Assembly (NCBI GenBank): GCA_016748015.1
Contig: JAAOMT010000211.1
Span: 240,248-304,247, forward strand
Direction of reading: 5' to 3'
DNA length: 64,000 bases
Origin: Geosiphon pyriformis uo1
Taxonomy: Eukaryota; Fungi; Glomeromycota
Positions 29,268 to 40,307 of the stretch are shown in pieces. The notes beneath the pieces were generated by a model, which saw only the letters and a list, made by a program, of their open reading frames with translations, ran no database searches and was not told the DNA's origin. The position numbers and the translations under genes are program-made. How positions within the stretch are numbered: the first letter of the stretch is position 1; each line of letters starts with the position of its first letter.

Positions 29268-29757
29268 AATAATAAAGCAAAACCAAATTATTAAAAAATA
29301 ATAATAAATAATAATAATAATAATAAATTTATAAAGTTATTAATAATATAAACAACAAAAATAAAAAAATTATTAAGTAAAAAATAAATAAAAAAATAAA
29401 TAATAATTTAAACAATTTTTTATCTATTAATAATAATTACATATATTTTTAAATATTTGTTCTACTTTTTTAAAAAAATATTTATTTTTAAAGCTTAATG
29501 TTTTATAAAAATCTAAATAAGATTAGTTGTAATATATATTATAAAATTGTAATAATAGTAATCGCTAAACTAATATTTTTTATTTTTAATAAATAACTTA
29601 TTAATTTAATTAACAAAATTAACTTGAATAATTTAATATAGATAAATGGTTCTATTTCTTATGTTTTAATATTATTACTTTTTTTCGCCTTTTTTTTTAA
29701 TAAATCACATAATAATTACAGTATTTAATTAGTATTATAAATCCAAATTTAATTAAG

Positions 29758-31020
29758 TTTTTATTCAATTCTAAACTCAGCCCAATAGCTAACTATGACA
29801 TAAAATTTAAGGATCTTAAAATAGCCGCGACTCACGCGTTTTCTACATGTGACTAGCCACCCGAGCCAGTCAAGGCTAGTAGTTCTGTTATAAATATTTA
29901 TACACTATACTACACTAACTGTAACACCTAACCTATCACGAAACAAGTAGTGATCAGCGAAATCAAGCACGTTAGAAAAAAATTTATTGTGACAACGCGA
30001 CCCTATATAAAATAGGCTAAAATCGCGAGACCCAGTGCCAGCCGAAGCAACACTACCAACAACCTCCTCTACAAGTAACGTGCCATTCCTCTCGCACTCA
30101 ACCCGCGACTTCATCCTGTGCGACCATACCAATTCACGATGGGAAAAGACCAACGAGCGAACAAATTCTATGACCTTCAAGCTTTCAGACTTGGCGGACC
30201 TGAAAGCTTTGGCAGCGTCACAAACCAAAGATTTAAAAACAAAGCCCTTCATCAGAGCAGCATAAATACGGTTATCCAAAGGTGGAGCTAGGGGGTCTAA
30301 CTTCGAAGCCAGGGCACACAGGTCTTGCAAAATTCTAGAATCTCCCACAGTAGAACCAGACCACTCACGCCACACAGCAGCACCGATTGAAACCACCTCT
30401 TTCCTTAACAAAATATCCCCAGCACACTCAAATGTGTGGTCTGACGACTCAAAAGCCCACACTAGATGCAGGCCTTTATCATATCTTCTCTTGCGTTCGG
30501 CGACCAGCAATCTACCATGGAGCGCCTTCATAATGTAGGTCCTAAACCCAGGAGTTTTGGTACTGGTAAAGCCAGAACCAAAATGCTGGTCAGGATGCCA
30601 AACCGAAACTGTTTTGTCCCAATCGATCTCATTAACCAAACTAGCGTCCAAAAATTTTCTAGCAAATTTGACCTCCCATCTGGCACAACTGGAGGTATCA
30701 CATAACTCGCGTACATAATGCCGAGCGTTGCTGGATATTGCCACCCCGTCGTAACCACGAAAGAAACTATCTGGGATCCCAGGAGGCAAAACGTGACCCG
30801 AAGAGCAAGCTACACCAGCCATGCGATCCACAATTTCATTGCCAAGCACACCGGAATGTCCTTTAACCTTGACCCAATTCACAATGAGACCCTTACGCTA
30901 AACGGTATTATCTATCCTGCGCTTCTCCATCCAGCACCTTTTCCTAAAATCAGGCACGATAGATACGCCAGAACGGCATATGTCAAATGCAGCCGAGCTA
31001 TCCGTAAAGACTATTTTTAC
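29758..31020 (-). mobile_element. 5'-truncated LINE fragment (RNase H C-terminal half, C-terminal domain, 3' UTR), CpG retained
   Basis: VFTDSSAAFDIC...NWVKVKGHSGVLGNEIVD, IDWDKTVSVWHPD, FRTYIMKALHGRLLVAERKRRY. One TAG at about 30900. Abrupt 5' edge. The 3' UTR carries the motif shared with other copies. Confidence 0.88.
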
Positions 31021-31140
31021 TATTACATAATAATTATTACTTAATTTAATTTAATATTAACTATTTAAGTTATTAATTATGATTAATATATGTTAAATTA
31101 ATAAAAATTTTCAATTTTATACTACTGAGAAAAATGAAAT

Positions 31141-31427
31141 TTTAGAAAAGTTGGAAATTAAATTACTTATTAATCATAGCAAAGCTCTTAACACAATAAT
31201 ACAAATTCCAACAATGGTCAAACAAATTGGTAATAGTGTGAACATTTTAACAGCTATAATAAATACTTTTTTTTTAAGTAACAAAGATTTTGATGCAACA
31301 GCGGTCCATTGGGAAAGTAAAAAAGGCCTTCATATTGGGTTTGAAAAAAGGCTTTAAAAATCACAAAGTGCATATGTATTCTTGATTGGCTCGGGTGGCT
31401 AATCACTCAATAAAACAAAAAAAAAAA
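31141..31427 (+). mobile_element. Short LINE-like 3' end with A tail directly upstream of HEN1
   Basis: cttgattggctcgggtggctaatcac matches the LINE 3' UTR motif at about 29850-29875 (minus strand). It is followed by tcaataaaac and an A11 run. The 5' boundary is uncertain. Confidence 0.55.
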
Positions 31428-31460
31428 GATGCGCAATCATTACTCACCTCATTATAAAAT

Positions 31461-33116
31461 ATGGCAACGGGTGGCGAAGATAAAGACTTGATAATGTTTG
31501 ATCCTCCCTTGTGGAGACAACGTAGAGGTCTTGTGAACCAAGTTTTGAGAAAGCACCAAGTAACTTCGGTACGCTCCCAGAACCTTTACCAATTCTACCA
31601 TTTCAAACAGAAAAGCCTTACTCTCAATTTCCTCTAGGTATTTGACTTTGGGTGTGGGGAAGGAGCACTTCTCTCATTTCTCGTTCAACCTTTTGAAGAT
31701 GGGCCTATAGTTCGCCTTGCTGGTATTGATATATGCTCCGAAATATTGAAGTCCACATCCAAAAATTGTAGTCCATGGGATCACGACCATGAATTTTTAA
31801 GACTGACACCTTTGACCGTGGATTTATATCAAGGTACATGCTAGCCACATAATTATTCTATAATTGCATTTTTATAAACCAATATTTAAAATTAATTCAG
31901 GAAGCATCGACGTGGCTGACGAAAGGCTTTGTGGATATGAGGCCGTGGTCTGCATGGAAGTGTAGGGAAATCAATTTTCTTAATCAATTGTTGCATAATA
32001 TGATGTATGCGCTCATTTCTTTCTATTGATTATATAGAATAGAGCACGTTGATCCGCCTGTGCTTGAGAAATTTTTTGAGGTCGTTCTCGGCGCATATAA
32101 ACCGAAAATTTTGATCGTCACCACTCCTAACGTTGAATTCAATATATATTTTCCACAATTGAAATATGGGACACCCGAAGCGATTTTACGCATCGATGAT
32201 CATCGGTTCGAATGGACCCGTAAAGAATTTCAAGAATGGTTGGTCACCAGAACAATAATATATCTCTTTATCCGTCTCACGTTCGATGATTATATTTATA
32301 CTTAGGGCCTTATCAGGTGCAGACAAATATAATTATTCAGTTGAATTTAGTGGTGTTGGTCGATTGAAAGATAGTGATCCAGCAGTTGGTTTCGCAACAC
32401 AAATCGCGATCTTTCTAGATCTGGAACCTGGTGCGGCACCTATGGCGTCTAATTTTGGAGCCTATCAACTTATCGAACACATAATTTTCCCACATTATGA
32501 TGAACCGGAAAAAAGTCACTCGGAAATTATTGAAGACATTGATTATTTTATGAAGTTTCTTTGCAATCATATTACTGAAGATGAACAGGATTCATCTTCT
32601 GAAAAGGATAAGGTTGATAATAATCTAAAAAAAGATCATGTTCTTATTGATGACCTATGGAACATTCACCGAATCCATCAGATTTGCAAGTCAAAGGAGA
32701 AATTATGTGAAGTTTTAGCCACATGCGCCGATTTTACACTTGTAAATAACGAGTGGGTGCAAGTGCACAAAAAGTATGAATTAGAACAGCCGGTTCAAGA
32801 AGATATGAATTCTCCGTTTACCAATGACGATGCAATTCTCAGCGAGGGCTCAAACACAGATACAGAAAGTTGGCAAGATAAAAAATCGCGATTTATTAGT
32901 AATACCACATCACAAGAGGACAATTATGGATGGGAATATTGGGACAAGAGTGACAACACACTATCTCCACTATCAACAGAAGAAGATTCCCAATGGAAAA
33001 CAGAAGACGAAATAATAGATTCCCAATGGAAAACAGAAGACGAAATAATAGATTCCCAATGGAAAAATATTGGGATTGGTATCGAGGAAAACTTAGAAAG
33101 CATTGAGTGGACTTAG
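31461..33116 (+). CDS. HEN1: Small RNA 2'-O-methyltransferase HEN1 (HENMT1); 5 exons
   Basis: FDPPLWRQR, VFDFGCGEG, MEVIEHV, IVTTPNVEFN and DHRFEWTRKEFQEW are the diagnostic Hen1 motifs. Exons join through GT-AG introns. Confidence 0.95.
32985..33066 (+). repeat. 33-bp coding tandem repeat (DSQWKTEDEII, about 2.5 copies) in the HEN1 tail
   Basis: gattcccaatggaaaacagaagacgaaataata repeated exactly. Confidence 0.9.
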
Positions 33117-33526
33117 GAATTAAATTTTTGTGCAAATGGTGTGTAAAACCATATTTTTTTTAGAATATTGAATTTCCCAGGTCGAAATCAAATTTTTTTA
33201 GTTTGTTCAAATACACCATATTTATTAGTAAATAGAGGAAAATGTATATAATGGTTTTCACAAATCTTGATTCTTAATTGTTGAAATTTAATTATTTTGC
33301 TTCGTGAAATTTGCTCAATAAGATTATAATTAAAATATAAATTAAACGAAATAAATATTAAAAGGATTCTTATAAAAGCGCGACAAATTCTTGATGGTAC
33401 CTAAGATGAACCGCTATTACCTTCTCACACATCTCCAACCCCCTTTGTATGACCAAGATTTCTCCTGCAAATAATTTTAATTTATTCGAACCAGTTTACT
33501 TATTAAGAATTTCAACAACTATTTGA

Positions 33527-33981
33527 TTATACATAAATCCCAACTGAAAGAAACAAGAATAACGTGCCAAACCCGAGCGCCAACGATGCCGGAATTGCGG
33601 AAGCTAATTCTTTGATCGCAAATCCATCTGCTTTTGTGCTGTGATTGAATACTTGTCAGGAATAATAAAATTAATTAGAAATTATAATTCGGGACGAATA
33701 AATATATGATTCTTGAAGTTCATTTCCGTTCGACTTCAATCACGAAACCTCTCAAGGATGATAAAAGGATACACAGAGAAGGTACTAGACGCCACAAATC
33801 CAGATATTAAGAGTAGCAAAGCGAGAACAGGGAATAAAGCTTGTGGAACTGGAGCTTGATATGGTGTTCCAGCTTCCCAGTCGTTCTGTTTTGAAAGAGT
33901 GAGAAAAAAGATGATGTGATAAGAAGGCGAGAGTTAGAAAAGGAGATATTGTAAGTATAGGCTTACCAACGCGGAGAACAT
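33527..33981 (-). CDS. OST5: Oligosaccharyltransferase subunit OST5/TMEM258; 3 exons, missed by the ORF track
   Basis: MFSAL|NDWEAGTPYQAPVPQALFPVLALLLLISGFVASSTFSV|TKADGFAIKELASAIPASLALGFGTLFLFLSVGIYV*. The C-terminal GFGxLFLxLxVGIYV is the family hallmark. Confidence 0.9.
33639..33772 (-). other. U12-type GT-AG intron, OST5/TMEM258 intron 2
   Basis: 5' site GTATCCTTTT matches the U12 consensus. Branch-like TTCCTGAC about 17 nt before CAG. No polypyrimidine tract after it. Confidence 0.85.
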
Positions 33982-34125
33982 GTTGGGAAAGTATCGTACT
34001 GATTGAAAACTATGAACGTGTCAGATGGAAATATTAGTTATTCAATTTCAACGTGATCAAACTAGTCCCAAAAATTTATTGTTAGTACTACCATTCGCTT
34101 CATATTTTTTTTTCTGCTCTTCAAT
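33982..34125. promoter_or_regulatory. Compact bidirectional promoter between OST5 and RSL1D1
   Basis: Divergent ATGs are only 144 nt apart. Two AACGTG elements lie between them. Confidence 0.5.
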
Positions 34126-35487
34126 ATGTTTGATAAAAATTTGGTAATATTCTTTCTGCTGTTAAAAATAATTTTGGAAAATCTTACAAAATTGAATTCG
34201 TTACTTACCTACTCTTTTATCGATGGGTTTTTGATTCTTAAAGGCAGCTAAGGCAGCTGAAGCGTTACTTAACCATGTGGGAAACCGAGAAAAAGATCGC
34301 AAAGGCAAGGATCTACTAATACAGCAGCGTCAGACCATATGGTTAACCATTGGAACGAAACTTTTCTCGGAACAGGGAAAGGATAAACCCATAAAAATGT
34401 AAATCATCGGGATGTTTAACAAATTGGGCTCCCATTCTACCGATAATATTTCCTACTTGATTTTTTCGTGTATTAACATTGGATTAAAGTGCTTAGATGG
34501 ATCCAAATACATCACGAACTGAATCAATTATAATTTATTTTTTCGGATTCCCTTTGAATCATAGTCCTCTTCGGCATGCGCTCTATGGCCCTGATACTGA
34601 AGTCTGCCTTTTCACCAAGGATCCACAGAAAGATTTTAAAGAACTCTTATCACAACATAATGTCACTCGAATAACTAAGGTATATTCTATTATTAACCTC
34701 TATTTATATCCCTGAAATTTAATTTTGAGTTTAGTGAATTCAATATTTCCCTTGAATGTCTAGGTTATTAGTCTCGATAAACTTCGTAAAAAGTATAAAC
34801 AATTTGAAGCAAAAAGACAATTATGTGATGCGTTTGAACTATTCCTTGCCGATGAACGGATATTACACCGCTTGCCAAAACTGCTGGGGAAGGTATTTTT
34901 TATAAAAAAGAAGTAAGTTTAATAGTCTATTTTTCTCTGAGTTAGAGAGACGGGAAGCATATGTGTTCATACGCAAGAGAATTTTTAGATTATCTTATAA
35001 TGGTAGATAATATCATTCTTTCCTTCCTACAGGCAGCCAATTCCAGTGAAGTTAAAGTCGGGTGATATAAAGGCCGAAATTGATCGGGCATGTAATTCCA
35101 CCTATTTGCACCTTAGCACAGGAACGTGTGTGTATGTATGGAAAGCGTTTCATGAAAATTTATCAAATACTTTTACTTAAAAATTTTGCAATGGATGATG
35201 ACAAATTGATTATTAATAGCGCAGTAAAAATCGGCAATGTTAACCACTCCGTGTCCCAATTATTGGAGAATCTCGACTTAAGCGTCCCTATAATTGTGGA
35301 AAAGCTACCCAAGAAGCGAAAAAATATTATGTCCATGCAAATTAAAACAGGGAACTCGGTGAGTTTGCCAATTTATAACGCCCAGCTCTACAATGGAACA
35401 TACAATGAACTTGCGGAGCAGGAAGAGGAACCCGAGAGTCCCAATGAAAAACCAGAAGCCATCGAAGCAGTCGAAGCAAGAATCTAA
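34126..35487 (+). CDS. Ribosomal L1 domain-containing nucleolar protein (RSL1D1/UTP30/CIC1 family); 6 exons
   Basis: AAEALL, IPLRHALY, EVCLFTKDPQ, KVISLDKLRKKYKQFEAKRQLCDAFELFLADERI, LPKLLGKVFF, IKTGNSVSLPIY. The C-terminus may extend to 35611 (see findings). Confidence 0.9.
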
Positions 35488-36037
35488 TTCCTTAAAGAGG
35501 TCAGATAAAGAGCAGGTTAATTCAAGATTAAGAAGCAAGAATCAAAAGAATAATGTGAAAAAAGATAAGATTCCTCAAGGGAGGGGGAAATCTCGGTTAA
35601 CAAAATGTTGAAAGCAAGGAGTGATTTAAATACGACCGAAGAGACAAACATCAGAATTGTATTTACACCGTTTCTTCAGTATCACTTTGACCAAATGGGA
35701 ATCCTTATGATTTTGAGGAAATTTTTTGATGTGTTCAGGTTTTATATTTAATGGAAAATAAAAGTTTACCAGACCAGATAAATTATATAAAGCGGTAGAA
35801 TTTATTGTTTCGGATTGGGCGCTTCTGGGATGACAGAAAAATCTAGGTCTCTTATAAAATAATTCATATCGGACAATAGAGAAGAAATTTCAAATTTCAA
35901 AATTCTGGGCGCAAGACAGCTTGGATGATATAATTCCCAATTCTGATAATAAATAAAGAACTGATGTGCTTTGTTGTTAGTATATCCTAAGTTACAAAAT
36001 CGATGATTCGAAAAATTGGGAGCGATCAACACCAAGA

Positions 36038-37980
36038 TTAAGGGCCTCGAGAAAATTGCTGAAAATCGAAAATCGTTAATTTTTACCAAAAAAAAGGTCA
36101 AGTGAATGCTATTCATTGCTTACTATAATCATGGGTTTCTCATGTAGAATATAACCATGTACTTCATCGAGAGCCTGTTTCGCTATGTTCACATCAGGAA
36201 ATTTAACAAAGGCCTGGCCTCTCATACGACCTTCTTTCATCAACTGAATCTCCAACTGGCTGCTCAAGGGAAGCGAGACAATTCCGTCAAAGAGAAATAA
36301 ACGGAAAAGTTTGAGATAATTAAATTTACTACCTTTCCATTTCTTCGCGTGACCTAAAATATCTTCCAAAAATATGTTTCAGATCATTGACTTCAACCTT
36401 CTTTTGTTGCAAGTTTTTAATGTAAAGTGTGGCTGTAGGTTCTCCACGTGTATATTTTTTCATTGCTGTAATATTTTTCAATTCTATTTTTGGAAATGGA
36501 ACATAAGTATTAACATAGACATAAAAATATATCACTTGGAAAAACGCGTCCTTTTAGATCACCTTTTTCAGGCATCTTGTTGTCGTTTAACTGTTGGGTT
36601 GAAATGGATTCCAAAACAAAATTTATATCCGTGCTTGTATCAGCGATTAAGGGCAGAAGTTCTGACTGTTTTGAAACTTTTTTATTCTTCACGGATGAAC
36701 TGGATGAGTTAGAGTATTCAGTAAAATGAGGCGGTTTGGACTGAATTGGAATAGGCATAGAGGGAGTTTGAAGAGGAGGTTGTGAAATAAAATCTTGATC
36801 AAGTTGGGTAGATGAAGATAATGATCCCGGATTTATTGGAATTGGTGATGGAATGTGGTGTTGAGGAGTAACTTGGCTTGGATAATGGGAATGAATCGCA
36901 CCACTGCCAATTATTGACGATGATGTAGTAGGTATTCTCATCTTGGTAGCTAAATCAGTAATTGTCCTAATCCTCTTCTTAGATCCTTGCTTTCTATTCT
37001 TCTCTTGTTCCTCTTCCTCGCTATCAATCTCAGATTCACCACTCGAAAGTAAAACATCTTTCTTTTTACGTTTCTTATTTCCTCCTTGTACTTCAGAATA
37101 TTGTTCTTGTAGCAATGGAGGTATCGATTCGGGAAGCACTGCGGTAAAAGGCGGTGGTAAATTCATCTTGTTCATTAAATGTAACACCTGAACATACAAG
37201 TTCGGGACCGCAGCGATCGCATTCATTATGTTGAAAAGTATTTCGACAGTTGGTGCTGGATATCGATAATGAAGGGTTGGTGGAGCTGGATAATTTATAC
37301 TTTTAAATCACAAATATATCAAGGGAATTAATATTGGGAAACCAAAATATCATTCTTTATAGTAAACAAACCCTAAAGCAGATGAAATGGGTTCTCCTAT
37401 TTCCGAAGGAAGCGGGGGAATAGGTGGTGGCGGTGGCGGAGAATTAGTTGGTTTGCCTTCTGCTTTTGAACTCTCACTTCCCTCTGTTGTCGTTTTTTCT
37501 TTTCCCTTCCTTAGAGCTTCTTTACTAGGCAAAGCATACTCTACTCTCACTGTCTTGCCACCGATCTTGCCCAGGCCCTGTATTTTTGAACAAGCTGCTG
37601 AAGCGGATATGCGATCGGGAAAATCCAAAAATGCGACGTTTTTCTTATTGGAAACATAACTTGATTACTTTATGGGAAGAGGGTTGATGGCCTAGCTTGG
37701 AAGTACACGCGGAGGTGGCTTACCAACTGTTGGGAGTTTAGCAGCCGCAAATTCTGAGGGCCAAAACATTTTAGAAAGTCGATCAGATCTGTTTCAGGGA
37801 AGTCAGGTAAGTTTTTTACAATGAGTGTGGTGGTCTCCTACTTGCCAAAAAAGGCACATTAAGAAGTGTTGAGCTGAAGAGCATAGAACTGAGTCAGTCA
37901 ATTGGAAAATGTACCTGGGAAAGAAAGTGCACGGCGTTGGTAGGTGTCAAAGAAAGCGAAGGGGGTGCGTTCAGAGTCAT
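36038..37980 (-). CDS. RNPC3: U11/U12 di-snRNP 65 kDa protein (two RRMs), minor spliceosome; 7 exons
   Basis: N-terminal RRM TLIVKNLP...FLKCFG...VAFLDFPD. Family signature YRYPAPTVEILFNIMNAIAAVPNLYVQVLHLMNKMNLPPPF. C-terminal RRM YTRGEPTATLYIKNL...DLKHIFGRY...IQLMKEGRMRGQAFVKFP...KPMIIQFSRGP*. Confidence 0.93.
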
Positions 37981-38766
37981 TTTTAAAAAAATTTTGTTTT
38001 TTGAAAATTGTGAGCTTAAATTTATAATAACAGCAGATCTTGACAGAATTTATAATATAATAACCGAAAATAGCTTATACTTTATTAAAAATTAGATTGT
38101 AAAAAATATTCCAAGATAACAAACTTTTGCTTGATCTTTTGAAATTATTATTTTTGACAATGAATCTTAGAAAATTTTTATTATAATTCCTTTTTTAAAA
38201 AAAAAATTTTGCTGGTATTATATTATAAAAACCAAAATACTTTGATTTGAAAATAATTCGAAAGTAAAAAACCAACCTAATAAGTTATGGGATGAATTAA
38301 ATTTAAAAATGCCACTGAAACAAAGAGCAAACCATTTTCTAGAGGAAAATCAGTGAGACGAAAAAATTATAAATATGCTGTGGCTTATTCACAGCCTCAA
38401 GGTTTTATTTGCTATCTCGATGCTTTTCCTCTAAGTTTAATATTTACTTGTTAAATTCTATTCGAGATATCTCAAGTGTTGGTAATTTTCTTGGCGCTAA
38501 TGTTTGGGTAGATGCTATAAATCACAAGAACCATATTGTTGATTGGAATCTGAACAACGGGATTTACTATGATCTCTACTACCACTTGCCCATGACTCTT
38601 CGTCACCGCCATGAGGTAACAAAGATTGTGCCTCGATATCTACCAGATCCAAATCCAAATCCGAGTCTTCATCATGAAAGTCTTGATATCCAGTGCCGAC
38701 ACCCATATTGTCATTCAAATTTCGCGCACCTTCAAAATCCATATTAGTTTTAGCTCTGCCATATAG

Positions 38767-40119
38767 TCAATCCCCACGTTTTCCTTTCGTCCCGAGACCA
38801 CCACCACCACCACGATTATCCGATTTTCCACGTCGGATCCACCGCCATAAACCGGTCTTTTCCCCATCCAATAAGTATGCGGCTCCTCTAATTATTGCCA
38901 ATATTCCAATGCTAAAACCAACCATCGACCACCAGGCCCCAATTTCTTGGAATACAATCATACCACTCAATGCCACTAATGTTACATGGGATGCATAGAA
39001 CATTGGCTGAAATTGGGTGAGCCGGTATTTGGAGAGGGCGATTTGTTTACAAATTTCTTGACCCCCAATTCCAATTATTAAGGATATTAGAAGAGCTGTC
39101 AAAGCAAATACGATTGCAACAGTTGATACATCGTCACCGAATACTAATCTCATATTACTACGATATTGAGCATCTCGATAAACTAAAGTGTCTAAATCGT
39201 CAATACCATCGTAATCATCAGGGATAGCTGGAAATGAAACGTCCGGCGAGACGAATAACCAACAGGTTAACAGTAAAGCTAAAAATTTGCTTGCTATGAC
39301 GGTCAAGGAGCCAAATGCAGCCGTCATCAAAACGTACAACACCAAAGATGATTCTTTTTTTCGACTTCTTTGTCTTAGAATCATAATCATGGCGAACTCG
39401 GCTAAGAAAATGCCAATTAGCCAACAAAGGACCCGAAATTGAAGCATATAGTCAACAATTTGGGCACCAGTCAAATGTTCATCAATATCTTGTTGATTGT
39501 TCGCAGAGAATAAGATAGTAGCCAAGACACCAGACAGGATCCAAAAGTAGCCGATTTTTTGATGGAATGAAATGTTTTCTCCCAAAATAAAATAAGCCAG
39601 TACTGCGTTTACTACAACACCTAATATTCCAAGTGGTGTGACTACCGAGGCGGGAATTAAAGCTAAAGCTACCCAATTCCCACATAATTCTCCTAAATAA
39701 ACTAGAGATATTCCGAGAAACCATGTTCGATCTCTTAGACGTGAATACTCTTTTGTGGGTTTGCTGGTAGTTGTTGTTACAGTTATGGTAGAGCTATTTG
39801 GGTTCAAAGCAGTTGTACTCGCACTCATCGGAGGTTCTAGGTCAACATTATCATCATGATTAACAAGAGAGGTAGTAGAAGCGTGTTGACGCTCTAATAA
39901 AGAACTAGAAAGCGAAGTGGTCGATTTCCCAGAGGGAAGACCGTCAGTCAAGTCCAAAATTGGTGTGTTTTCTTTTTCTTCTTCGGTTGAAGCTGTAGTT
40001 AAGGAGGGTAAAGTATTTGAAGCTATTCCACGCGTTAGAGCATATTTTTGTAGACAATTGCCAAGACCTATAACTGAATTGCCGACCAAAGCGGCCAATA
40101 GGCCCCATAACGAGAGCAT
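38767..40119 (-). CDS. NIPA-family (DMT superfamily) magnesium-transporter-like membrane protein
   Basis: GLLAALVGNSVIGLGNCLQKY, WFLGISLVYLGELCGNWVALALIPASVVTPLG, LAYFILGE, FQPMFY. Multiple TM helices. Intronless. Confidence 0.85.
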   Translation of the reverse strand: MLSLWGLLAALVGNSVIGLGNCLQKYALTRGIASNTLPSLTTASTEEEKENTPILDLTDGLPSGKSTTSLSSSLLERQHASTTSLVNHDDNVDLEPPMSASTTALNPNSSTITVTTTTSKPTKEYSRLRDRTWFLGISLVYLGELCGNWVALALIPASVVTPLGILGVVVNAVLAYFILGENISFHQKIGYFWILSGVLATILFSANNQQDIDEHLTGAQIVDYMLQFRVLCWLIGIFLAEFAMIMILRQRSRKKESSLVLYVLMTAAFGSLTVIASKFLALLLTCWLFVSPDVSFPAIPDDYDGIDDLDTLVYRDAQYRSNMRLVFGDDVSTVAIVFALTALLISLIIGIGGQEICKQIALSKYRLTQFQPMFYASHVTLVALSGMIVFQEIGAWWSMVGFSIGILAIIRGAAYLLDGEKTGLWRWIRRGKSDNRGGGGGLGTKGKRGD

Positions 40120-40268
40120 TACAAATAAAGACGCGTAGCAGGGTCAAAAGTTTTAAAAATATTTTTTACAGTTGAATTTTATACAGCAAAAGGCCGAGTT
40201 GGTAGGTTTCAGTGAGGATCAAAAAAATTTGTTGCCGCGGTCTACACGGTAATTTAAGTTAAGACTAC

Positions 40269-40269
<1 letters not shown>

Positions 40270-40305
<36 letters not shown>
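40270..40305. repeat. A36 homopolymer in the divergent promoter region
   Basis: 36 consecutive A, 150 nt upstream of the NIPA ATG. Confidence 0.85.

Positions 40306-40307
<2 letters not shown>

Noticed and set aside
34680-34763. RSL1D1 intron 3 as U12-type (branch-like TTTCCCTTGAAT)
   Set aside because: The donor GTATATTC lacks the CC at +5/+6. At most a converted intron.
35640-37980. USSE-type tandem U12 5' splice sites (known feedback element of animal and plant 65K/48K genes) in RNPC3
   Set aside because: No duplicated RTATCCTT-like motif seen on the sense strand in the introns or nearby 3' UTR. The tatcca pair at about 37260-37295 is simply Tyr-Pro codons.
38515-38526. PTS1 at the end of the NIPA readthrough extension
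   Set aside because: CDL does not fit [SAC][KRH][LM], and the protein is a polytopic membrane protein.
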